A stretch of 63,998 nt of DNA, the filler included, from Saprolegnia diclina VS20 (taxonomy: Eukaryota), in the NCBI RefSeq assembly GCF_000281045.1. It is 7 parts of 2 records of this genome, joined end to end, with 100 filler letters (N's around TTAATTAATTAA, not from the genome) between each part and the next. Parts side by side here need not be neighbours in the genome. Positions count along the whole stretch, not along the records: positions 42,222 to 57,505 come from NW_008246113.1; positions 57,606 to 58,805 come from NW_008246114.1; positions 58,906 to 61,568 come from NW_008246114.1; 4 more parts are not named here. One strand, written 5' to 3'. The notes beneath the pieces were generated by a model, which saw only the letters and a program-made list of their open reading frames with translations, did no database searches and was not told the DNA's origin. Below, one piece after another: positions 48,232-60,378 of this stretch. The translations under genes were made by a program, and so were the position numbers. Every line of letters starts with the position of its first letter. The stretch's first letter is position 1.

Positions 48232-48417
48232 AACAGCGACTCGTATGTTTTCGTTTTCGATTTCTTGCACCAACCATGGAACAGGAGACTGCCACGTCAT
48301 GCTGTGATTGACGTTACGGAATACCCGACGGTGATTGGCTACACGTGGCAAGATGGAGGCGCGGTATCCACCGACGTGGCACCCGCAACGGTATCGAACG
48401 CGGCGCTGTGGACGTAC

Positions 48418-48483
48418 TATATATATATGAACGTGTTTCGCGTTATCTTCATAATTACACAAAGACTTCGCATACGTAGAGAC
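48418..48483. repeat. Dispersed ~66 bp repeat, copy 2
   Basis: Reverse complement of 20626-20691. Confidence 0.85.
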
Positions 48484-48736
48484 TAGCAATCTCCTTCTTC
48501 ATTCGCTCGCCGGTCCGTGGCTGCGCAGGCGGCGGCTGTGGACGTACTAGAGTAGAGAATAATCTGGAGAATTCTTTGACGAAGGATATGAGGAGCGGTT
48601 GCACGGCTTTATAAGCTTGCTTGTGTTCGTCATCGAATGGCTGCAGCGCCATTCCCTCGACGGCGCATGTCATCACGTAGGACTCATGGATCATGCTAGG
48701 TACGATTGACTTGAAAAGATGGCTTATGACAAGGTC

Positions 48737-50348
48737 CTAAAATGACGCGCGGCGGGAGACGTGGACGGAGCGCACGTCATCACGACGTCTCCGATACAGA
48801 GGCAGGGTTTCAACTGCTTCGTGAGGTGGGTACAGCGCGACGAGGTACACGCGTAGCATGCTGCCACTGCCCGCGAGGCACGCTGCGAGCAGCGAGACGA
48901 GGCACACGTGGGTATTCACAAAGCAACTGGCAGCTATTGATGCGACCCCGGCTCCGATAGAACTCAGTGTGGTGAGGACGCCGCTGGCGCTAGCAGTCAT
49001 TTCGGGCGGAAGGTCCATGGGCCATGTTAGCCAAACGAGTACGATATTGCCACGAAGTAGCGCGCTGGCACCCGTGACGAGCCACGCTACGTACGTCACG
49101 TGCGGTCCCAGCGCAAATACGAGGTAGATGCCGACCGCTTGGACGAGGAAGAGAAGCACGATCGTTGGCGCGCGCTGCGACTGAAACACAACGTCACTGA
49201 GGCTCCCAAGCGCCATGGCGCCGACGACACTGCCAAGCTTCCAGGCATTATCGAGGCCCATTGTCGTGGGTGGCAGTTGGGCCCGCAGTGCATCGCTCGC
49301 GTAGAAGAGGCATACCACCGCCGGCGCAACGCCACGCATCGAGTCGAGTCGAAGGACCTCGCCGAGGCCGTTGACGCCGAGTGCGGGTGATGACGCGCCT
49401 TGCAGTGGCTCGTCGATGGCTCGTAGCGGCGCATCGCAGCTGCAAAGCTGCGCCATGGTCGCGAGGAAGACAAATACAAGGCTCACGGCCGACAGAAAGC
49501 ACGACGCACTGTTCGGAGATGCGACGAGACGTTGCAGTGGGGCAGTGGCGAGGACATAGTCGGTGCAAAGGAATGTTGCACCAACCATACCTAGTTAGCA
49601 CAGTGTAGCGATCCAATACACCATTGCACGCGCGCACCTGCAAGTCGACCCCGCTCGTGCTTGTCGTACCACGTTGCGCCCACCTTGGCGATCGCACAGG
49701 TTGCGACACTGTGGAGTGCTGAGAAGAGACCGTAGCTGTACATGAGCACAGCTTTGGACACGCTGTCCGAGGTCAGCAGAATGCTCAGGAGAAGGCAAGC
49801 CCCGCCGGCGACAAGACACGCACCGACAACCGCTTTCGAAGCGCCGATGCGATCGGTCACGTGACCTACACCCAAGCGACGCGTTAGAGGTTGAGCTTCC
49901 GGAAGGTTCTCGCGAGAACCCGCAAAGGGCGCGGTCCCTGCGACAATCCACGTCCCAAAGCTCACGATCCTACACCCGTCACCATCAAGCGCCGTCGGGA
50001 TGGCATCGCCGCACCAGTCGAGGTCGTGCTGCGTCAAGAACGAAACAACGACCGTCGTTCCGTCGGTGGGCAGCGACCCGAGCTAGACAAGTCACCTCAG
50101 CTCGACTTCGCACAAGGCGAGGTGTACACTGGCGCGAACGACTTGAAACGACATGATCGCGAGGGCGATGGGGGCCACCGTGGCCGGTCGATCGAGCCTA
50201 GGAGACCGCTGCAACTAAGAACGTAGAGGTGCCGTGCGTACCGTGGTAGCCAGCGATGGTGGCGCTTGAGCGCACATAGCATTTCGACGAACCTCTCGGT
50301 TGGTGGACGGCGCGGACGGGTGCTGAACGGTCCAGTGACGACGACCAT
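48737..50348 (-). pseudogene. Divergent or degenerate paralog of the OPA-type MFS transporter
   Basis: GHVTDRIGA, WYDKHERG, GSLSDVVFQSQRAPTIVLL and PMDLPPEMTASASG remain recognisable, but several family motifs are eroded; may still be coding. Confidence 0.6.
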
Positions 50349-50632
50349 GCTCACTGGCGAATGCGCAAATGCTAAGATGCACGAACGCATCTGAAGGTAT
50401 GATATCGAAGGTCGAAACACCCGCCACGCGAATCCGGCGACGCGTCCCAAGCTACTTGCGGATCTCTCGAGATGTGGCGTCAGTGGCGCGACACCGAGTG
50501 CGTCTCGAAACCCGTCTCTTCCATGCGCTTAGTTAAGCCCTTGCAAGTAGAATACGAAGCGTACTAGGTAGTTATACAGTGCACGCCTTTGATTGAGCTT
50601 TCTCAAGTCCTTTGCGCAAACCCGCCTCGCAA

Positions 50633-52350
50633 TTACGTCGTCTCTTGCGCGTCCTTGTCGTCCTTGATGTCCATCACCACGGCGAAGAAGTCGGCTTGGG
50701 TGTTGACAAGCGACGCGCGGCGGAGATCCACGCGCGCGGTTTGCAGCGGAGTGCACTCGGTCTCATGTACCATCGTACCAACGTGCGATTTGGCGTACTG
50801 CGCACCGACATAGGTGCAGAGGCCCGACGATATCGACGCCAGTACGAGCGAAGCAACCCAAAACCGGTAGCCATAGTCGCTAACGACGGCGCCCATGGCA
50901 ACACCTGAGAGACCGGTGGCCATGTAGGCGGCCGTCGTGAAGAGCCCACCGGCGCTGGCCGCAATTTCAACCGGAAGGTCGGTCGGAATCGTGTAGCTGA
51001 GCATCGTGTAGCTGCCAAGCAGAAAGACACTCGCGACGAAGAGGAGAAGCGCCAGCACCGACATTGACACGGACGGTGCCGCCATGTACATACTGCAGAC
51101 CACGACGGCTTGCATAACTGAGAAGAGCACGATGGGTGGCATGCGCTGGCCGCGGAAGAGGTGGTCCGAGATCCAGCCACAGAGGACACCGCCGACAAAG
51201 CCACCGAGCGTCCACGCGCCGCCAAGGAGCGCATGGTCGCTTGGTGACAACGGCAAAACACGCACCGCATCAAAGTACGAGTACATCCAGTTGAGGAGGC
51301 CGTCGCGCGCCCACGAGAGGCAGAAGATCGCACCGAGGTAGCCCCACACGGTTGGACTCTGCAGGAGGCAGAGCACGCCGCTGTGCGAAGTGTCACAGAG
51401 AGGTCGCGTCGAGGGACGTGAGGGCAGCCTCTCGGACGTCGGCGGGCCATTGCGAATCCAGAAGACCGACACGAGACCCATGGCGCCAAGCAAGAGGCTT
51501 GGGATGTAAAAGAGGTACGGCCATCCTAGCGTTGCCACGATCGAGTCGCCGGACCCGAGCGCGAGGTAGTAGCCGCTCACGACCAGCATATTGAAGATAC
51601 CTAGCCCCATATGGTCGCACTCTCAGCAAGAATATTGTCAAGGCGTACCCGAGAAGAGACCGCGTTCGCTGGGTCCATACCAACGGGCGTTGATCTTGAC
51701 GACGGCCGCCGTGCCAAAGCCTTGGAAGCCTTGGTTGAGCGCAAAGAGGATGCAAAACGCGGCCTCGGACACGCCACCGCGCGAGAATGCGAGGCCCAAG
51801 AGGAGGTTGCAGGCGCCGGCGCCAGCGCACGCGAGCACAATCCCGCGCTGCCCGCCAATGCGATCGGTCACGTGGCCTAATGCCACGGCCATGGCACGAG
51901 CGCCGAATTTCGCATCGTACCGGTGAAGGGAGCGCTGAGTGCGTACGTCCACGAGCCGGCCGAGATGACCCTACATGCCCATACCATAGGCCAAGCACGG
52001 CGAGACATGCGTACCAGCCCATGTCGGTGGTCGTCAAGTGCAGCTGCGCGCGAATGGCCGCGACGTTGCCCGCGGCAATCTACAGCCAGCGCTTGAGGAG
52101 CGACGCATACAGACAGCTCGAGGCGAACGTTGTAGCGCGCCATGTAGAACGCAGCGTACGCGATGCCAAGCGGCAGCCAGTTGCCGAGCCGCTGCCACCT
52201 GGCATGGCGTCAGACAGGCCTAGGTCGAGGTGCATACCGATACGCGCGCGAGTGCAAGCGGTTGCTCTCGCGACTACCTTCCGCATCAAGCAAAGTACCG
52301 GCGACGACCAAGGCGCAGATGAGCGCCGACGTGATGGCCTCGGTGGTCAT
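50633..52350 (-). CDS. MFS transporter, OPA/GlpT-like paralog (multi-exon)
   Basis: MTTEAITSALICALVVAGTLLD..., FYMARYN, VTDRIGGQRG, FQGFG, WARDGLLNW, GWISDHLFRGQR; closely similar to 46515-48231. Confidence 0.9.
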
Positions 52351-53154
52351 GGCACACGGGCAAACCGGTGAATCCAACGGGCGGATCGCGATATTCTTGT
52401 ATATACGCACTGCTTTCGTGTTTCGGTGCGCTTTCAACGCAAATGGTATACAGGATAAAAGCGCACCTACGAAAAGAGGTGCGTTGTTGAAGTTGAACTA
52501 GATTCGAAAGATTCGCATGGGGATCTTGTGGTGCCAACAACTCGGACAATATTACCAGCACTAGCTACTATCTATATAAAGTTACTTCATCACTAGCACA
52601 TGCTACACAAGCAAATGCATTTGGTGGGTGTGCTGCGACTCTAGTGCAGAGCTGACAACCCCAAGACAACGATGAAAGCGTCTCCTTCGCCGCAGGAGAA
52701 TGCTTGCGGCACGGTAACGGTGTCTCGGGGAATTCATACGAGCCGTACGACTGGTTACAGGGCCACGTCGCGCCGCCATGGTAGGCGATTGGTGACGCGA
52801 CCCATGACGCCCGACCTACTAGTTTGCAAAATTGGCCACCGACGACGACGGCGACGTCAGACTACTTTGCTGTTCTCACGCAGCGCTATTCCAGCACTCG
52901 CTTTCGATACCAGCTGCATTGATGTCGAGGCAAGGGGCTGAGCCACAGCTCTGTGCTGCTTGCACAAGGCCCAGTTCGAAATGACTCGCCAAACTAGCTG
53001 TAGTAGCGGACTGGATAAAAACCGTGGCGGCGCGCGATGCCATTGGTGGAAATGGCATGAATATACATGTGCAAATCCAATATGAGTGCGCCTCGAAAAT
53101 CAATATTTGGGCGAGGAATATTTTGACAGCTGGAAGCTGCCGGCAGCAAGTCGC

Positions 53155-54802
53155 ATGGATCCCACCGCCGCCCCGAGCGACGTGTGGCAGCACATTGCGA
53201 TCTTCCTCGAGCGACGTGTGGCAGCACATTGCGATCTTCCTCGACCGCCCGGCCGACGTGCGTGCGTACCTCGAGGCCTTGCCACCGCGTCTTCTATCTC
53301 CATCGCTCGCGAGTCTTCTCGCGCTCTTTGCGGCGCAGCGCGCTGGCCGGCTTGCAGCGACCGCCGGCGACGTGCGCCTCTGGCCGACGCTCGACTTGTC
53401 CAACGCGTCGCCGGACGATGAACTCGCGCGCCATATCACAACGTGTCTTGGGCTGTTTCCGATGCTGCGGCTGCAGGTCGTGGGCTTCCCGTACGTGATC
53501 CCACGCACGACGCGCCTCGAGCTTGCCAACCTCTCGTTGCCAACAGCGTTCACGACAGCGTTGCAGCAGTGGCCGGACGCGATCACGTCCATATCGCTCG
53601 ACTTGCGCGACGGCGCCTGGTCCATCGATGCGCTGGCCCACGGGCTTGCATCGCTTCCGCGGCTCGAGGCCATCGACGTGCTGTGGCCGTCGACGCGCAG
53701 CGACGAGGCGTTTACGGCGCTTCTCGAGGCCATGACGACGACGCCCATCACATCGCTCGCGCTGCGCTTTTCGTTCGACTCGCGCCTCAACTGGACCTCC
53801 CGCATGACGTCGCTCGTCGTCCAGTGGCTGGCGACGCGGCCTGTCCAGTCGGTGGCGCTACACAGCCTCAAGGCCATCGACGAAGCATGCTTGCATACGC
53901 TCTTGGACGCCATCACGCACTGCAAGACATTGGAGACGCTCGTGCTTCGAAGCGTTGCGCTTGCCCGACCGCTCTTCAAGCGCCGCATCACGTTGCCGAC
54001 GTCGCTGACGACGCTCGAGCTCTGGAGCATCCCATACGACGACCTCGACCGCGCGATGGCGTCGCTCGCCCATTTGCCGCTGCACACGTTGCGCTTCTCG
54101 GTGCTCTTCCCCGGCCGGCACAAGCGCGACGAGGACTTGGCGGCCACGCGCTTTGTGAGCGAGACGCTCCCGACCTTGACGGCGCTGCGTACGCTCGAGC
54201 TTTTTTCATTCCCGCTGCCCAAAGAGTCGTGGCGGCCGCTCGGTCTGGTCGTGCAGCGCCTGGAGCACATCTTCCTCTATGAAAACAAGCTCAAGGACGA
54301 CGGACTGAGCGTGCTCGCGGCCGCCTTGCCGGCCTGTCGCCGGCTCCAGACGCTGCACGTCATTAGCCAAAAGTGCACCGACCGAAGCGCGATTGCGATA
54401 GCCAATGGCGCACCGCCCTCGCTGCGCTCGCTGGATCTGAGCGAAAACCGCATCGGCTCGGACGGTGCGATCGCGCTCAGCCGCCTTGTGAGTCAGCTCG
54501 ACTCGGTCGACTTGAACGACAATGAGATTGGGGCCACCGGCGCGGTGGCCCTCGCCCGCGTCTTGCCCCAGGCGCGGCACCTCCGCCAGGTCGGACTCAT
54601 GTACAACCCCGTCAAGCGCCGCGGTGTCCTTGCCCTCGTGTCGGGCCTGTCGCACTCGCGTCATTTTCAAGGTGGCGCCGTCGTCGTCATCGGCGCGGTT
54701 GCGACCGATCGGACCAATGACGTGGCCGCGTGTCGGCAAGCGATTGCTCGTCTTCCGAACCAGTCGATGCTGCAGTTTGAGCAGCCCGACATGATGTTTT
54801 AG
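53155..54802 (+). CDS. F-box-like N-terminus + RNI-like LRR protein (34-bp tandem duplication frameshift at 53174-53241)
   Basis: MDPTAAPSDVWQHIAIFL...LEALPP..LSPSL; LRRs LDLSENRIGSDGAIAL, VDLNDNEIGATGAVAL, LYENKLKDDGLSVL. Confidence 0.85.
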
Positions 54803-55330
54803 TGCACTAAGTACTACAGTTCTTGGCCGTACAGCTCTTTTGTCGAAGCGATCACGTCGTGTGCGCCACGTAGCCACCTCACCATGTCCAGGAGGTTGCT
54901 GTGTGTCATCTCTGGATCTCTACGAGTACGCTCACCCGGCCTTGGCTCCGAGGCTTCTCGTCTCCTGGGTCGACCGGAGGTTTTTTCCTCGGCTTGGTCG
55001 TTTCGTAGTCTAGTCGGTCTACAGGTCGGTTCGTCGACTCAGTGTCTCTCTGCCAACACGACCTAACTTCTGAGGACTGTGCGAACTCGATGTCCGGAAC
55101 GGTCCACCGTTCGGTCTCCGTAGACCTCTGAGGCGGCGGCCTCGTGCCTCACCGCCTCCTCCGCATGATAGCTCCATAGCCAGTGCACTCATCTTCATTC
55201 GCTCTGTCTCACCGTTACTTGCAGCATGTGCGTTGAAGTATACCAAGTGTATGACTACATCCTATTACGATAGTACTATTCTCTAGTCGGACCAACTACG
55301 GCCATAAAGGTACTACGACGTCGATGCGCG

Positions 55331-56935
55331 TCATGGCATGGACGCCACACGCCCTGGCTCGATGGCGCCGACAACGATATAGTCGGGGTCCCGCAGACCC
55401 ATGCGCGCCGCCGTGCAGGCCACGTGGTCGTCGCCAGCGCTCACGGAGACGAGAAGGCGGCCGCTGCGGTAGACGGCCGGCTTGAGCGCCGCCACCATGG
55501 CCAGCACGCCGATGCGTCCCAGAGGGTTGGCACTCATATCGAGGCAGCGGAAATGCGCTGTTTGTGGCAAGAGGCCGCGCAAGGCCATCGCTGCCTTGTG
55601 GCCGATGCAGTTGTATTGGAGCTCGAGGTGTGTGAGGCGCGGGAGTATCGGTCGCAGCGCGAGAAAGCCATCGCTGCCAATGGCGTTGTGCGCCATGTTG
55701 AGGACGCGAAGCGACCGGCAGGCGACCAAGCTCTCGGCCAGCACCGTCACGCCACGGTCCGTCATGCCTTGCTCGGACAGCGTGAGCTGCTCCAAGCGCA
55801 GACACGTCGAGAATGCGGCAGCGAGCGTACGAATACCGTCGTCTCCAAGGGTATTCCGTGTCAAGCACAGCGCCACGAGACGGGCGAGACGTGCATTGAG
55901 TACGGGGTACATGGCCGGAACGAGAGGACCATTCATTAGATGAAGATGCTGGAGTGCACTCGGTTGAGCCAGCGCCAATGCGATCGGCGCAGCGTCCCCA
56001 ATGCACTGGGCGCGGAGCACTTGAACGTTGACCCACGAAACGACGTTGAGCGCCGAGTGACCATTGGGCGTCATCTCAAGGTTTACATCGAGCTCACTCA
56101 GCGGCGCCGACCACTCCAACGGCCGCTTGGCCAAGAAGAGGTTGCGGGCGTCTCGGAAATTGCCAACCCGGAGACAAGTGAGGGTGCGAGACGTTGCGAT
56201 CGCGCGTAGAAACGTTGGCGCGTCACTCGGGAACCGGCTGCAGAAGTCCAAGCTCGCGACAGGCGATGCGGCCATCCAGGCAGCAAACACCGCGTCAAGG
56301 TCCTCGTGCCACGTGTTTGTCTGTAAGCACAGCGTCGTGAGGCGGGGCGTACAAAAGACTGCACGAAGGAGCGCAAGTATCCCGGGCGTGACGCGCGGGC
56401 TCGTGCAATCGAGGTCGAGCGACTGTAGCTGCGGCAAGCGCGGAAGCAGCTCGCTCAAGCGCAGGAGGTTCTCGTCTGCCCACTTGCGATTGCGAAGAGA
56501 CGTCCGAATCGCCACGTGCTTCAGACTTGCGAACGTGTGCTGCAGCATCGCAAAGACGCGCGTAGGACGCGCCATCGGGTGGACCACCTTGAAGACGGCG
56601 CTTGGCGGCAGCGCCTTCCACGTACGCGGGCCGACGCATGTCACCGAGGTATAGAGAGGCATGCAATCGTACAAGGCGTCAATCAAATCGGGTGCCTTGA
56701 TGTCGCACGGCAGCACGAGGTCGGGCCAAAATGAAAGGTGGTGCCCATGGCTTTGCGTCTGCCGCACAATGCGGCCGCGATAGAGCGAGCAAAGGAGGTA
56801 GCAAAGGGCGCGTAGCGGCGCCGAGAGCCGACCGGGTGGCAGCGCGTCAAGAAGCGATGCGACGTCGGCTTGGGCTTCAACGAACGTCATTAGATGATGC
56901 ACGAGCTCGTCCGAGAGCGCGTCGGTGGACTGCAT
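55331..56935 (-). CDS. F-box-like N-terminus + RNI-like LRR protein, convergent paralog
   Basis: LSDELVHHLMTFV...LLDALPP..LSAPL; LRRs LCLTRNTLGDDGIRTL, LNMAHNAIGSDG, LELQYNCIGHKAA, LDMSANPLGRIG. Confidence 0.88.
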   Translation of the reverse strand: MQSTDALSDELVHHLMTFVEAQADVASLLDALPPGRLSAPLRALCYLLCSLYRGRIVRQTQSHGHHLSFWPDLVLPCDIKAPDLIDALYDCMPLYTSVTCVGPRTWKALPPSAVFKVVHPMARPTRVFAMLQHTFASLKHVAIRTSLRNRKWADENLLRLSELLPRLPQLQSLDLDCTSPRVTPGILALLRAVFCTPRLTTLCLQTNTWHEDLDAVFAAWMAASPVASLDFCSRFPSDAPTFLRAIATSRTLTCLRVGNFRDARNLFLAKRPLEWSAPLSELDVNLEMTPNGHSALNVVSWVNVQVLRAQCIGDAAPIALALAQPSALQHLHLMNGPLVPAMYPVLNARLARLVALCLTRNTLGDDGIRTLAAAFSTCLRLEQLTLSEQGMTDRGVTVLAESLVACRSLRVLNMAHNAIGSDGFLALRPILPRLTHLELQYNCIGHKAAMALRGLLPQTAHFRCLDMSANPLGRIGVLAMVAALKPAVYRSGRLLVSVSAGDDHVACTAARMGLRDPDYIVVGAIEPGRVASMP

Positions 56936-57078
56936 GGCGCTGGTTGCGGAATGGTGCAATGTCGGGTGGATGTAGCCAATCAGCGCGCGGCAGATTGCGG
57001 GATGACAGTCGATGCGAGATCAACATTTGGACATGTGACGTGGCACGTCGTGAGAGGAGTTTGTTTCATACCAGCATG

Positions 57079-57402
57079 CTAAAGAACGAAGGCAAGGTGA
57101 CACGGCAGCTCGATTGTGAGGTGCGGAGGTAGGTCCCAGCGCGCGCGGCTGCTGCTGCGAGTGGTCAGCGACGCATACAAGCCGCTGGCTGCTTGGAGAG
57201 CGTCAATCAAGATCGGTTTGTTGATGGCGGGCGGATAGGGAAGGACAAGAGTTGGCCAAAGCGACAATTGCATCGACCTATGGCCAACCAACTCGCCATC
57301 AAAGAGCACGCGGAAGAGGGTGCGAAGCGCAGCAAGCGGCGCTGAGAGCAGCGCTGGCGGCAGCACCAAGGACCTCGTCCGACTAGCATGGCTGCCGGCC
57401 AT
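57079..57402 (-). pseudogene. Remnant of a third F-box-like/LRR paralog (N-terminal region)
   Basis: LPPALLSAPLAALRTL...LSLWPTLVLP...LIDALQAASGLYASLT parallels LPPGRLSAPLRAL...SFWPDLVLP...LIDALYDCMPLYTSVT. Confidence 0.65.
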
Positions 57403-57605
57403 GCTAGTCGGAGCAATCGAACTTCGAAGTTACGGTTTTATGCATGTGATTGGTGAAGACCATCAACAATGACATACACTCTTCACGCCTGGTATCTTGC
57501 CATCANNNNNNNNNNNNNNNNNNNNNNNNNNNNNNNNNNNNNNNNNNNNTTAATTAATTAANNNNNNNNNNNNNNNNNNNNNNNNNNNNNNNNNNNNNNN
57601 NNNNN

Positions 57606-58660
57606 ACGACCGACGCGGCAAGAGCACCGGCGTCGGCGTTGGGTCCGACCAAGCGGACCACAGGCGCCACGTCGACACATGTCGACCCGGACGCGGCAAC
57701 GTCTGGTGGCGCCGACAGCATGGCGTCAACCGTGCGCAAGACGACCGACGCGGCGAGAGCACCGGCGTCGTCGTCGGGTCCGCCAGTGCGGACCGGGGTT
57801 GGCAACCTAGCGCTGAGCGCGCTTGCTGCAGAGAGGAAAGGCAAAGCCGACCCCACGCCCCCATGCATGCAAGCGCGTGAGGGTGTGGAGCCGCCGGCGT
57901 GATCGCACTCGACCAATCGCACGGCCTTGCTCTGCGCCGGTGCTGCGGTTCCCGACACGGTGCATTTCCCCTTGAGCACGTGCCGCCAGCGTTGCAGCTT
58001 TTGGGCGAGGTCCTCTCGCCCAAGGTCCGCTTGCTGACGCTCATACGCGTCTTGCTCGCACGCGTGCTGCAGCTGCAGCTCGCCCGCTCGGACCTTCTCT
58101 TCTCGCTCTTGCATCGCCCGGGACCAATCTCGGTTCGGGTGTGCGCCGCGCGGCGTCGAGCAGATCGGCATGTACTCGGCCGGCGTCACAACTGCTACGA
58201 CGCGTCGCCCATCTTGGATGACGCTCGAGAGCGAAGGGCGACCATAGGTCCCCTGCGGAGCCGCACGACGCTCCTGGCCGTGATAGCTCGTCGCGACGGC
58301 AGGCGAACCACCCGTACCGAAAGACGGCGGCGGTGGTCGCTGACGCGCCTGGTACCCCGCGGCAGCATAGCCGACGTGAGTTCCATGTCTTTGTCCATCG
58401 AACAGAGACTGCACGGGTCCTTGCGAGACATAGCCTTCGTGGTGCCCGTAGTGCCCGGTGGCCTCCGGGATCCGATGCTGGCCCGGCCATGATGCGGGGT
58501 CCAGCGCCGGACGACTTGTTGCGCACATTTGACGCAGCGCGGACGGCTCGTTGGGCACACAGAGGCCCTCGTCCCACGCGTGACGATACAACGACTCGCG
58601 GCGCGAGTCGAGGTACGTCGGTTGGCCTGCGGCGCGCGTGGTGGCGCGTACAGGGTCCAT
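57606..58660 (-). CDS. Hypothetical low-complexity protein, 3' end in gap
   Basis: About 350 codon open frame; Pro/Gly/His-rich, short coiled coil, repeated DAGALAASV; no family recognised. Confidence 0.4.
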
Positions 58661-60378
58661 GTTGCTTCGAAGCGTGAGTTTTCTAGTCGTAGCACGAACT
58701 AATAAATTTATTGATGTGTCGTCGGGTTCGAAGGGCCGACGCTGCAGACCGCTCCTTGACAATGCACTGACAAGGAAGCGAAAGAAAGACTGTTATTACT
58801 TCATTNNNNNNNNNNNNNNNNNNNNNNNNNNNNNNNNNNNNNNNNNNNNTTAATTAATTAANNNNNNNNNNNNNNNNNNNNNNNNNNNNNNNNNNNNNNN
58901 NNNNNCTTTTGTTTTATATTTTTGAAAGTGCTATCCAAATGGATCGAATATCCAAACGTAATTTGGATCGTTGGAGAATTCGATCTACAACGGGATAGAA
59001 GAGTATTGAATGGCGTCCCTTTAGGGCGATGGGGACTGCGATATCGACAGCATTGGAGTTGTACACGTCTCGTATGCTCCCAAGGTCGTGGAGAGGACTT
59101 CTAAAGGTATCCACGAGGTTACTGCTCGTTTTGCTTTAGGAAACGGATAGCCCGAACCCTATCCGAGACACCTAACCCTGCCTCCAAGGACATGAGAATG
59201 GCGCCGCTCGCAGCGCTCGGTCGATTCTAGAATTCTTACTTTCAATTTTCTTATGTAGTTGAGATCGCCTGAGGATCCAGCTAAACAAGTATGATAAACG
59301 TCGTCCAGCAAAAATATGCACGATCGAGCCATGTGTTGCCGCAGCGATCAGGTCTCATCAAAAGTCCTTGGCAAGGTTATCAACATCGCGGTCCAGATGA
59401 CTTCGATCCTAATGGGCAGCAAGACCACTACGGATGGCAGATGGCATCCGTGAGCAAGCTTCGTCAGTGACAGCAAGAAGCCATACATGGCGCTCGCGCT
59501 CATGGTCAAGCCACTCAAGCACCGACATACGCCAACGGCCATCACGACCACCGACCGCAAGCCATCATGTGGCCATTTCCACCACAACTGCATCGATGCG
59601 CAAGTCGCCAACTCGACGCTACGTTTTTCCGCCAGCACCTATAGCCCGAGTACCACACGCAAGCGTTGCTTAGCGCGCGACGCTCAAGAGGTATCATTGT
59701 AGGGGAGCAGCGAAAGATTATGATCCAAAACACCATTTTTGCTCAAACTCGACATATCATCATAATGCTAAGTAACCTCTACTGCTACTGCGTGCGTCGA
59801 TGTACAAGGGTCTCCACGTTGTCAGAAAGATTGCCAACACGGCCGTCATATCGCGAAACTAGGCAATCACGTGTGCTGCAGCGGTGTCGATGGCACGCGA
59901 GAGAGGGCTTTTGAAAGATTGATACATAGAGGCGAAATATAGATACCGCTGCGTCAAAACATTCTTAAAACCAAACAGATACCATAATTGGATCCGGAAT
60001 CACTCTTTTCACACAAGATGTGTTTCGTGGTTTTACACCATAGTTGACGAGTACATACAATGCCAACTATCTACTTGGTACGACGCTACACAGGATTTAA
60101 TGCGTAGCAACATCGACTGATTCTTCTACATTGTACTAACGTTCGTCTGTGAGGGCCCAGGCATCGCACGTACCCACACAATCCTGCAACTGATCGAGAC
60201 GGGCGGCGACACGACCCCCGACAGGTCGTTGTTACGTGTACATGCGACGTGGCCATCCAAGCTACTGACCGAATCGTGCTCGTTCAACGACCATTTGTCC
60301 CAGAGCAGTCGTAGAACCCAAAGTGTCATTTTCAAATATCATAAACCGTGTATGTTGCAAGTGCACCGCGACTACGCC

